A stretch of DNA of 64,000 nt. Source: Armatimonadota bacterium. Lineage in GTDB: Bacteria > Armatimonadota > SYMT01. Made by a program: the position numbers and the translations under genes. Positions 1 to 7,419 of the stretch are shown in pieces. The notes beneath the pieces were generated by a model. It did no database searches. It saw only the letters and a program-made list of their open reading frames with translations, and was not told the DNA's origin. The DNA lies in contig JBKBRF010000001.1 of the NCBI GenBank assembly GCA_046292385.1, forward strand, positions 31,305 to 95,304. The letters run 5' to 3'. Positions within the stretch are counted from its first letter, which is position 1. Every line of letters begins with the position of its first letter.

Positions 1-140
1 CTAAAGGCTAAAGGCTAAAGGCTAAAGGCTAAAGGCTAAAGGCTAAAGGCTAAAGGCTAAAGGCTAAAGGCTAAAGGCTAAAGGCTAAAGGCTAAAGGCT
101 AAAGGCTAAAGGCTAAAGGCTAAAGGCTGAAGGCAAAAGC
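1..140. repeat. Heptamer tandem repeat (CTAAAGG)n, truncated by window edge
   Basis: 18 perfect CTAAAGG units at 1-126, then two degenerate units (CTGAAGG, CAAAAGC). Confidence 0.97.
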
Positions 141-309
141 CGGACCTTCCGTACACGGCAGATTCTGCCCTTGCTCCTACTCTTGCTCCTGCTCGCTGGC
201 GACTGGGTGCTTCCGGCACGCCCCCGAGAGCTCGCTCCAGGCGCGCTGACCGGGATGAAGGCGGAAGTCCCGCCGTGAGGCGAGAACTCTGCGGTTTGAG
301 GGGTTCGGA

Positions 310-337
310 CCTTTAGCCTTTATACTTTTGCCTTTCA
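310..337. repeat. Inverted degenerate copies of the same heptamer
   Basis: CCTTTAG CCTTTAT ACTTTTG CCTTTCA, the reverse complement of CTAAAGG-type units; the last unit contains the M23 gene stop codon. Confidence 0.8.
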
Positions 338-1204
338 GGAGATTCCCTGCTCGCTCAGGCGGGTGAAGAACATCGGGTGCAGCGACTCGCCGTAGAGGTA
401 AGCCGACCAGTGCAGGTGCGGCCCGGTGGCGACGCCGGTGTCCCCCACCTTCCCGATCGGATGGCCCTTCTTTACCCGCTGACCGTCCTTCACGCCGACC
501 TGGCTCATGTGCAGGTACATGGTGGTGAGGCCCTGGCCGTGATCCAGCACCACGGTGCCGCCGTACTTCTTGAACTGCTTCGCGGTGCGGGCCAGGACCA
601 CGCGGCCCGCGGCGGGGGCGACGATCGGGGTGCCGGTGGGGGCCGCGATGTCGAGGCCGCGGTGACGGCCCACGGGTCGACCGTTCCGGAAGCGGCGGAC
701 CCCGTATTCCGTGGAGAAGCGGCCGCGGCTGGGAATGCGCCAGTCCCCGCTCCAGAGTCGCTCGTCGCTGCGGACGCGGATGGCGGCGCTCACGGCGTCG
801 TCTTCCTTCTCCACCCCCGGGTAGTTGTAGAGGCTGGCGGTGCTCCGGGCCATCTTGAGGTACTGAACCGGAAACTTACGGGTGCGCACCTGGAGGGTGG
901 TCTGGGTGAAGCGCGGCGTTCCGTCTTCCACGTAGCGCACCGCCACCGGATGCCGCCCGGCCGGAGTATCGGCGGAGACCGGTAGGTTGCCGCGCCAGCC
1001 GCTGCCGTCCCGGTAGAGCGGATAGCGCTCGTTCTGCCAGCGCAGCTCCGGCTCCGAAGCTTCCCCGGTGAACCGTACGAAGACGGCATCGCCCTGCTGG
1101 GGATCGGCTGGAGAAAGAGAAAGCCGGCTCTTGGCTGCCGGAGAGGGAACCGTGGAGAGGGCTACGGTCGTCAGAAACAGACAGGCTAACAAGGGCTTCG
1201 TCAC
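335..1204 (-). CDS. M23-family (LytM-like) metallopeptidase, probably secreted
   Basis: HRGLD (HxxxD) and GPHLH (HxH) zinc motifs, YGGTVVLDHG, YLHM; hydrophobic N-terminus after GTG at 1204 with GGAGG upstream (ORF track start 1291 probably too long). Confidence 0.9.
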   Translation of the reverse strand: MTKPLLACLFLTTVALSTVPSPAAKSRLSLSPADPQQGDAVFVRFTGEASEPELRWQNERYPLYRDGSGWRGNLPVSADTPAGRHPVAVRYVEDGTPRFTQTTLQVRTRKFPVQYLKMARSTASLYNYPGVEKEDDAVSAAIRVRSDERLWSGDWRIPSRGRFSTEYGVRRFRNGRPVGRHRGLDIAAPTGTPIVAPAAGRVVLARTAKQFKKYGGTVVLDHGQGLTTMYLHMSQVGVKDGQRVKKGHPIGKVGDTGVATGPHLHWSAYLYGESLHPMFFTRLSEQGIS

Positions 1205-1318
1205 GCTGATCGCCTCCGCCCGGCCGCTGCGGGGAGGAGGCGCCGCGGCCGACTTACAACTATGGGCACGGAGTCCGGACCTCCCGCTCACCCCGCCTCC
1301 CCCTCAGGAATGGGTACC

Positions 1319-2392
1319 ATGCCGATGCGCACGTTTGCAAAGATCATTCTAGCGACTTCGCTGGTCATGGCGAACCTCGCCGCGGCCGAGCCGCTGCCGG
1401 CGCCCGAGGAGCCGCTCAAGGATTACAACGCCAAGGGCTACGTGCAGGTCGACCTGCCGCCGCTTTCCGAGCCGATGCCGGGCCCCGACGGAACCAAGAT
1501 CGTCGATACCGGGGTGCGGCTCTGGTTCCCGTTCCACCAGGCCTACGTGCGGCCGGACCGGATGATGCTGGACCTGATCGTCCAGTCGCGCCGCCAGCGG
1601 ATGCTGGTGCAGGGCGGCACCGAGCGCGTCTACACCCCGCAGAACGGCATCGTCGTGGAGACGGTCTACCGCAACCTCGACGCAGCTCGCGAAAACCCAA
1701 TCACCGCGCACCGGATGTCGATGGCCGCCTTCAGCCGCGCGCTCCAGGAGATCACCGCCGGCAAGCAGCTTCCGGCCGAAGACCTCGAGGCGATGGAGAA
1801 GGCGAACAAGGCCCGGATCGAGGAGCTTCAGAAGCTGCGGAAGACGCTGGCGGAGAAGAAGAGCACGGAAGTCACCCTGGAGTTCGAGCGCGCCTCCGCG
1901 GAGATGGCCCGGCTGCGAGACGACATCGAGCAGATTCCGCTCCGGAAGAAGTTCCCTTACGTGGTGATGGAGTACGACAACAAGGATCTGCTCCCGACGC
2001 TGCTCACGCGTGGACTGATGGGGGACCGGAGCACGGAGCTGCTGGACAAGGGGAAGACGAGGGTCTGGATCACCAAGGCCCACGGAATGCCGTTCAAGCT
2101 GGAGACGATGGGGAATGACGGGCGCGTGGCGATCTACCTCTCCATCATCGAGATGGAGGTGAACTCCGGCATGCTGCCCGGAGAGCTGGTCCTCGGCGCG
2201 CCCGGCGCGACCCAGCAGGTGAGCGTCACCGTCGACATGAAGGATCCGAACTGGGAGGAGCGCCGGGACACGTCGCTCGAAGAGCAGTTCAAGAAGATCG
2301 AACACGACCGCGTGGCGAGGGAGAACGACTATCGCAAGCAGCTCCTGCAGAATCGCGGCGGCGGCAAACCCACCACCAAGAAGAAGAAGTAA
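1319..2392 (+). CDS. Hypothetical secreted/periplasmic protein
   Basis: Signal-peptide-like N-terminus (MRTFAKIILATSLVMANLAAA), strong coding codon bias, central charged helical segment, Lys-rich tail; start could be 1310, 1319 or 1325. Confidence 0.8.
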   Translation: MPMRTFAKIILATSLVMANLAAAEPLPAPEEPLKDYNAKGYVQVDLPPLSEPMPGPDGTKIVDTGVRLWFPFHQAYVRPDRMMLDLIVQSRRQRMLVQGGTERVYTPQNGIVVETVYRNLDAARENPITAHRMSMAAFSRALQEITAGKQLPAEDLEAMEKANKARIEELQKLRKTLAEKKSTEVTLEFERASAEMARLRDDIEQIPLRKKFPYVVMEYDNKDLLPTLLTRGLMGDRSTELLDKGKTRVWITKAHGMPFKLETMGNDGRVAIYLSIIEMEVNSGMLPGELVLGAPGATQQVSVTVDMKDPNWEERRDTSLEEQFKKIEHDRVARENDYRKQLLQNRGGGKPTTKKKK

Positions 2393-2416
2393 TCCCCGCA
2401 GCGTGCGCCTGCGCAG

Positions 2417-2450
2417 CGCGACCCCGGAGCCGCCCGGCTCCGGGGTCGCG
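2417..2450. terminator. Strong GC hairpin, possible terminator or processing site
   Basis: CGCGACCCCGGAGCCG-cc-CGGCTCCGGGGTCGCG, perfect 16-bp inverted repeat 25 bp after a stop codon; no clear U-tract. Confidence 0.55.
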
Positions 2451-2530
2451 TGATTCTGGACCCTCCCCGGCACCGGGTATAAGATGAGGGCTGAACCGGG
2501 GGCCGAACGGGAGACGAGCGGAGGCGGGGT

Positions 2531-3628
2531 ATGCGCGTGGTGGTGGGGATGTCCGGCGGGGTCGATTCTTCGGTCGCCGCGGCCTTGCTCCTGGAGCAGG
2601 GGCACGAGGTGATCGGGGCTACGATGCTCGTCTGGTCGCCGCCGGGCGTCGACATGAATTACTCCGACAGCTGCTGCGGTCTCTCCGCCGCGGAAGACGC
2701 CCGGAGGGTCTGCGCGCGACTCGGGATCCGCCACTACACGCTCGATTTCAAGGAGGTCTTCTACGAGAAGATCATCCAGGACTACGTCTCCGAGTACCTG
2801 CACGGGCGCACGCCGAACCCGTGCGTCCTCTGCAACGAGTTCATCAAGTTCCGCGCGCTGCTCGACCGCGCCCACGCGCTGGGCGCGGAGGCGGTGGCGA
2901 CCGGCCACTACGCCCGGGTCCGCTGCGACGCAGGGCGAAACCGGTGGCTGCTGCTGCGCGGGGCGGACCGTCAGAAGGACCAGTCGTACGCGCTCTACCG
3001 CCTGAGCCAGGAGCAGCTCTCCCGCACGCTCTTTCCCCTGGGGGAGCTGGATAAGCAGCGGGTCCGGGCGCTGGCGGCGCGGCTGGACCTGCCGACGGCC
3101 GGCAAGCCGGACAGCCAGGAGACCTGCTTCGTGCCGAACAACGACTACCCCGCGCTCCTTCAGATCCTGGCGCCCGGAGCGCTGCGGCCGGGGGAAATCC
3201 GCTCGCCGGAGGGGCAGGTGCTGGGGCGGCACGACGGCACCGCCCACTACACGCTGGGGCAGCGGAAGCGGATCAACGTCGGCTCCCCGGTGCCGCTCTA
3301 CGTTTCCGGAATCGACGCGGGGAGTAATACGGTCACGGTGGCGCCGCGCGAGCACCCCTCCCTCCAGCAGAGTGAGGTGATCGCGGAGCGGGTGAACCTG
3401 ATCGGCCTCGACCAGGAGAGCGCGTGCTCGGCCGGCTCGCTGGCGGTCACGGCGAAGATACGCTATAATTCGCACGACCAGCCGGGGGTCCTCACGCTGG
3501 ACTGCCTGGAGGGCGAGCTTTCGATGCGCGTCCGCTTTGCCGAGCCGGTACGTGCCGCCACACCCGGTCAGTCGCTCGTTTGCTACAGCGGCGAAGAAGT
3601 GCTTGGCGGGGGCATCATTACGGGTTAG
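2531..3628 (+). CDS. mnmA: tRNA 2-thiouridine(34) synthase MnmA (CxxC-type)
   Basis: SGGVDS PP-loop, TPNPCVLCN, ATGHY, KDQSY, DSQETCF, YTLGQRK, TPGQ motifs. Confidence 0.97.
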   Translation: MRVVVGMSGGVDSSVAAALLLEQGHEVIGATMLVWSPPGVDMNYSDSCCGLSAAEDARRVCARLGIRHYTLDFKEVFYEKIIQDYVSEYLHGRTPNPCVLCNEFIKFRALLDRAHALGAEAVATGHYARVRCDAGRNRWLLLRGADRQKDQSYALYRLSQEQLSRTLFPLGELDKQRVRALAARLDLPTAGKPDSQETCFVPNNDYPALLQILAPGALRPGEIRSPEGQVLGRHDGTAHYTLGQRKRINVGSPVPLYVSGIDAGSNTVTVAPREHPSLQQSEVIAERVNLIGLDQESACSAGSLAVTAKIRYNSHDQPGVLTLDCLEGELSMRVRFAEPVRAATPGQSLVCYSGEEVLGGGIITG

Positions 3629-3683
3629 ACCGCCCGGGCAACTGGGGTATCTTTCAGCAGGCGTCGCACAGGAGGAGCATGTC

Positions 3684-3998
3684 GTGAATAGAGACGGTCA
3701 GAGTGGGGATGGGCTGGTCAGTCTACTGGCCGGAGTGGGAGTGGGAGTGATACTCGGTGGAGCGGTGGCGCTGCTGCTGGCGCCGCAGTCCGGCGAGCAG
3801 ACCCGCGCCCGGCTCCGGGACTCGGTGGACGACACGCTCGCCCGCCTGCGGGACTCGATGGACGACCTGCGCGACAAGGTGGAAGAAGTAGCCAGCAGTA
3901 CGCGCGATGCGCTCAGCCAGCGGCGGGAGCAGGCTCCCGGAGCGCTGCAGGGAGACGTGGCGGGAGCCACGGACGACAGCGCCCCGGCGACCTCGTAA
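3684..3998 (+). CDS. YtxH-domain (general stress) membrane-anchored protein
   Basis: GVGVGVILGGAVALLLAPQSGEQTR matches the YtxH pattern (LLLAPxSGxETR); AGGAGG 8 nt before GTG 3684. Confidence 0.85.
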   Translation: MNRDGQSGDGLVSLLAGVGVGVILGGAVALLLAPQSGEQTRARLRDSVDDTLARLRDSMDDLRDKVEEVASSTRDALSQRREQAPGALQGDVAGATDDSAPATS

Positions 3999-4037
3999 GC
4001 GTGGAAGTCCGGCCCCCGCGCCGGGCTTCGCACCGCT

Positions 4038-4067
4038 CGGATGCGTCTTGCGGGGCGCATCCGTTTT
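4038..4067 (+). terminator. Probable intrinsic terminator
   Basis: CGGATGCG...CGCATCCG stem followed by TTTT, after the YtxH-like stop. Confidence 0.6.
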
Positions 4068-4136
4068 GTCCTTACCGCGCCAGCGTGCCAGACAACTCCG
4101 CCCCGGAAGGGCGAGAGGCCTGCCGAGGAGAAGCGA

Positions 4137-4478
4137 ATGAACCTGAGGGTTGAGACCCGGAATCCCCGTGAAGGTGTGGCGGTGATCGGTCTGTCCGGCG
4201 AAGTAGACGTCTACACCTCGCCCCGCGTGAAGCAGGAGATCGTGAACCTGCTGAACGAGGGCACCGTGAAGATGGTGGTAGACCTCACCGGCGTGGAATA
4301 CCTGGACAGCACCGGCCTGGGCGTGCTGATCGGGGGTCTGAAGCGCGCGCGCGAGCGGGATGGGGACCTGAAGCTGATCTGCGATAACGTCCGGATCCTC
4401 CGCATCTTCGAGATCACCGGATTGACCAAGATCTTCGACATCTATCGCAGCGAGTCCGAGGCGGTAGAGAGCCTGTGA
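4137..4478 (+). CDS. rsbV: Anti-sigma factor antagonist (STAS domain, RsbV/SpoIIAA family)
   Basis: GEVDVYT, YLDSTGLGVL (phosphoacceptor Ser), RIFEITGL; GAGGAG before ATG 4137. Confidence 0.92.
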   Translation: MNLRVETRNPREGVAVIGLSGEVDVYTSPRVKQEIVNLLNEGTVKMVVDLTGVEYLDSTGLGVLIGGLKRARERDGDLKLICDNVRILRIFEITGLTKIFDIYRSESEAVESL

Positions 4479-4927
4479 CGGAAAGAGAGAGTAAACCGGT
4501 GCCGGTAGCGGGGCCGCTGGCCGAAGTCTCCCTGTCTATCCCGAGCCGCCCGGAGTACGTGGGCGTGGCGCGGCTGGCCATCCTGGGGGTGGCCAGCCGG
4601 ATGCGCTTCAGCTACGACGAGGTGGAGGACATCCGCCTGGCCGTGGGTGAAGCCTGCACCCGCGCGATCGACCGTCTGGACGGTGGGCCGCAGGAGCACG
4701 CGATCGATATCCGCTGTCTCATCGACGCCAACCGCCTCACGATCGAGGTGCGCCATCCGCTGATCCCCTCCACGCCGCCCGTGGAGGCGCCCGCGGACCC
4801 GGTGAACATCGATCCGGTGGAGCTGGGGGGCGTGCTGATCCGGATCCTGATGGACGAGGTCGAGACGATCGACCGCGCGGAGGAGGGCGTGCAGCTCCTC
4901 CGCATGGTCAAGTACGTCGCGCGCTGA
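4475..4927 (+). CDS. rsbW: RsbW-like anti-sigma factor with degenerate ATP-binding motifs
   Basis: IPSRPEYVGVARL, EDIRLAVGEAC, ILMDEV; GTGA overlap with rsbV; directly upstream of a sigma factor. Confidence 0.85.
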   Translation: MTERESKPVPVAGPLAEVSLSIPSRPEYVGVARLAILGVASRMRFSYDEVEDIRLAVGEACTRAIDRLDGGPQEHAIDIRCLIDANRLTIEVRHPLIPSTPPVEAPADPVNIDPVELGGVLIRILMDEVETIDRAEEGVQLLRMVKYVAR

Positions 4928-4943
4928 GCCGCCGCGGTCGAGG

Positions 4944-5753
4944 GTGAGGCCGGTGAGTAGTATGAAGCCTCCCGCGCCCGCGCGGCGCCACGACGACGAC
5001 CAGGCCAGTCTCTTCGCCGAGTTCATCCGTACCCGGGACCCGGCGCTGCGGGAGCAGCTCATCGCGGAGCACGTGAACCTGGTGCGCTACCTCGCCGCCA
5101 AGTTCGCTAGCCGCGGGGAGCCGCTGGACGACCTGGTCCAGGTCGGCATGATCGGCCTGATCAACGCCATCGACCGGTACGAGCCGGACCGCGGGGTCCG
5201 CTTCTCCACCTACGCTACCCCCACTATCGTAGGGGAGATCAAGCGGTACTTCCGCGACCGCGCCTGGAACCTGAAGGTGCCCCGCTGGCTTCAGGAGCTG
5301 AACTTCCAGGTGATGAAGGCGAACGACGCGCTCACCCAGACGCTCGGCCGCTCGCCGAGCATCCTGGAGATCGCGGAGCAGGTCGGCTGCACGGAAGAGG
5401 AAGCGCTGCAGGCGATCGAGCTCGGCAGCGCCTACGAGACGGTCTCGCTCGACAGCCACCTCGACCCGGACGGCGAGCCCGGCCTCACCCTGAGCGACTC
5501 CCTCGGCGCGGAAGACGCCGACCTGGACCAGATCGACGCCTACGACGACCTGAACCAGGCGCTGGAGCTGCTCGACCCGCGAGAGAAGATGATCCTCTAC
5601 CTCCGCTTCTTCCACGACCTGAGCCAGACGGAGGTCGCCAAGCGGCTCAACATCTCCCAGATGCACGTCTCCCGCCTGCAGAACCGCGCCCTCAAGCGCC
5701 TCCGCCAGGCCCTGACGGACGAGCAGTGGGAGCGCTTCCGCCAGGCGGCGTGA
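4944..5753 (+). CDS. SigB/SigF/SigG-family RNA polymerase sigma factor
   Basis: DDLVQVGMIGLINAIDRY, FSTYATPTIVGEIKRYFRD, SQTEVAKRLNISQMHVSRL; start could be 4944, 4953 or 4962. Confidence 0.93.
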   Translation: MRPVSSMKPPAPARRHDDDQASLFAEFIRTRDPALREQLIAEHVNLVRYLAAKFASRGEPLDDLVQVGMIGLINAIDRYEPDRGVRFSTYATPTIVGEIKRYFRDRAWNLKVPRWLQELNFQVMKANDALTQTLGRSPSILEIAEQVGCTEEEALQAIELGSAYETVSLDSHLDPDGEPGLTLSDSLGAEDADLDQIDAYDDLNQALELLDPREKMILYLRFFHDLSQTEVAKRLNISQMHVSRLQNRALKRLRQALTDEQWERFRQAA

Positions 5754-5812
5754 GGCGAGTGGGAGGGTCCTGGGGTGCCGCGGAGCCCGGCAGAAACTGC
5801 CCGCGGAGGGGA

Positions 5813-5842
5813 TTGCGTGCCGCTCGCCCGCTGTGCTAAACT
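5813..5842 (+). promoter_or_regulatory. Candidate sigma70-type promoter for tRNA-Ser
   Basis: TTGCGT, 18-nt spacer, extended -10 TGcTAAACT, 27 bp upstream of the tRNA. Confidence 0.5.
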
Positions 5843-5869
5843 ATGCGAGCGCTCGCCCGCGAGACACCT

Positions 5870-5956
5870 GGAGAGGTGCCCGAGTGGCCGAAGGGAACGG
5901 TTTGCTAAACCGTCGTAGGGGAAACCTTACCGAGGGTTCGAATCCCTCCCTCTCCG
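5870..5956 (+). tRNA. tRNA-Ser(GCT)
   Basis: Acceptor stem GGAGAGG/CCTCTCC plus discriminator G; anticodon arm ACGGT-TTGCTAA-ACCGT; long variable arm; GGTTCGAATCC T-arm; CCA not encoded. Confidence 0.97.
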
Positions 5957-5982
5957 CTTAGAACTGTAGAGAAACCGTGCGT

Positions 5983-6019
5983 AACCGCCCGAGAGCTTGC
6001 CGCTCTGCGGGCGGTTTTT
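5983..6019 (+). terminator. Intrinsic terminator after tRNA-Ser
   Basis: AACCGCCC-GAGAGC...GCTCT-GC-GGGCGGTT stem running into TTTTT. Confidence 0.8.
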
Positions 6020-6048
6020 CTGCGCCTCAGGATCCTGGTGTAAGTGGC

Positions 6049-6068
6049 TTGCTACCGCTTTGCTACCG
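6049..6068. repeat. Direct repeat TTGCTACCG x2 with 11-bp period (possible integrase arm-type or regulator site)
   Basis: TTGCTACCG at 6049-6057 and 6060-6068; function is inference. Confidence 0.5.
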
Positions 6069-6168
6069 TTCGACGTTGAAGTATGTCTCTCAGCCGTTGG
6101 AAGCGCGGGCGCTCCTCCCGGATCGCAGACCGACTGCAGAGTCTCCTCCCATCCCCTTCGCGTGCCTT

Positions 6169-6265
6169 CACCCCCACGTGCGTTACGCACGTGGGGGTGC
6201 GCCGGGGGCGGCGACTACTCCGTGGGGGCGCTTCTGAATGTCCCCACGCAGGTGGGGGTGCGCCG
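6169..6265 (+). CRISPR. Degenerate orphan type I-E-like CRISPR mini-array (1 full repeat, 1 truncated repeat, 1 inverted half-repeat, one 32-bp spacer)
   Basis: 29-bp AATGTCCCCACGCAGGTGGGGGTGCGCCG (6237-6265) with CCCCAC/GTGGGG hairpin and CCG end; the 3' 20 bp recur at 6185-6204 (1 mismatch); spacer 6205-6236 is 32 bp, giving the 61-bp I-E period. Confidence 0.75.
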
Positions 6266-6315
6266 GCGGCAGAGGGGCTCCGTAAGTCTGTAAGAGCGAG
6301 AAGGGAGAGGGACGG

Positions 6316-7347
6316 ATGCCGGAGGGCGATGCGGCAGCGCAGGAGCCTGTGAATGCCGGGCGGGACGAGCGCGGGACCGCCGGCAAGCTGGCGCGGGCAC
6401 TCTGGCTCGACGGGGAGATCCGCGCGGGCCGGTTCCCGTCGGTCGCGGAGCTGATGGAAGAGTTCGAAGTGGCGCGGCGCACCGCGTTCAACACCCTCGA
6501 CTACCTGCGGGACACGCTCGGCGCGCCCCTGGTCTACAGCCGCGAGAGGCGGGGCTACTACTACTCCGACCCCGCCTTCGGCCTGCCGGCGGTCTTCCTG
6601 CGGGAAGGGGAGCTGTTGGCGATGCTCCTGGCGGACCAGGTGGCGCGCCAGTATCTCGGCACGCCGCTGGAGCAGCCGCTGCGCGACGCCATCTCGAAGC
6701 TCAGCCGGCACCTGCCGGAGCGGGTCCAGGTGGAGCTGCGGGAGGTGGCGCAGAGCTTCCACTTCGCGGGCGGCGTGTCGGTCGAGCTGCCGCTCGCACT
6801 CGTGGCGGAGCTCCAGCTCGCCATCCGAGAGCAGCGGCTGCTGCGGATCCGGTACTACACCGCCGGGCGGGACGAGACGACCGAGCGGGAGGTGGAGCCG
6901 CACTTCCTGACCAACGTCCGCGGCGATTGGATGCTGGTGGCGTGGGACCGGATGCGCGCTGCCGACCGCGTCTTCATGCTGGCCCGCATTCGCGAGTGGC
7001 GCGTGCTCGAGGCTCGCTTTCGCCCCCGGCCGGAGCTCGCGCCGGAGCGCTACTCGCGGGATACCTTCCTGACCGAGCACGGGGAGGCGGTCCAGGAAGT
7101 GGTGCTGCGGTTCGACAGCTACCAGGCGCGCTGGATCCGCGAGCGTGTCTGGCATCCGAGCCAGCAGCTCGAGGAGCAAAGCGACGGAAGCCTGCTCCTG
7201 CGGCTCCGCGTAGCGGGTGAGGGTGATCTGCTACGCTGGATCCTCGGCTACGGCTTCCACGTGGAGGCGCTGGCGCCGGCGGAGCTTCGGGCACGGGTGG
7301 CGGAGACGGTGCGAAGGACGTCGGGGCTCTACGAGGAGCAGCGCTAA
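6316..7347 (+). CDS. HTH-WYL-WCX (PafC-like) transcriptional regulator
   Basis: N-terminal wHTH (VAELMEEFEVARRTAF), REVEPHFL...GDWMLVAWD...RVFMLARI WYL domain, WHPSQ...LLRWILGYG...P.ELR C-terminal domain; GGGAGAGG upstream. Confidence 0.92.
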   Translation: MPEGDAAAQEPVNAGRDERGTAGKLARALWLDGEIRAGRFPSVAELMEEFEVARRTAFNTLDYLRDTLGAPLVYSRERRGYYYSDPAFGLPAVFLREGELLAMLLADQVARQYLGTPLEQPLRDAISKLSRHLPERVQVELREVAQSFHFAGGVSVELPLALVAELQLAIREQRLLRIRYYTAGRDETTEREVEPHFLTNVRGDWMLVAWDRMRAADRVFMLARIREWRVLEARFRPRPELAPERYSRDTFLTEHGEAVQEVVLRFDSYQARWIRERVWHPSQQLEEQSDGSLLLRLRVAGEGDLLRWILGYGFHVEALAPAELRARVAETVRRTSGLYEEQR

Positions 7348-7419
7348 TCCGGGGCGACCCGCACCAGTTCCGTTGAGAAGCGGACGCCCAGAGATAGCGT
7401 CGTGAAGTGCCCTCCTCCG

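Noticed and set aside
1..140. Telomere-like or CRISPR interpretation of the heptamer tract
   Set aside because: Bacterial operon context and no spacers; a simple tandem repeat.
1349..3475. 708-aa minus-strand ORF
   Set aside because: Antisense to two clear plus-strand genes including mnmA.
6103..6131. Possible further degenerate CRISPR repeat on the minus strand, and a third repeat after 6297
   Set aside because: Only a short GC-rich resemblance (GGCGCTCCTCC) with no hairpin; after 6297 is the WYL ribosome-binding region.
5927..6352. Small ORFs across the tRNA end and CRISPR remnant (possible toxin or leader peptide)
   Set aside because: They overlap the tRNA, terminator or repeats, and lack a convincing RBS or motif.
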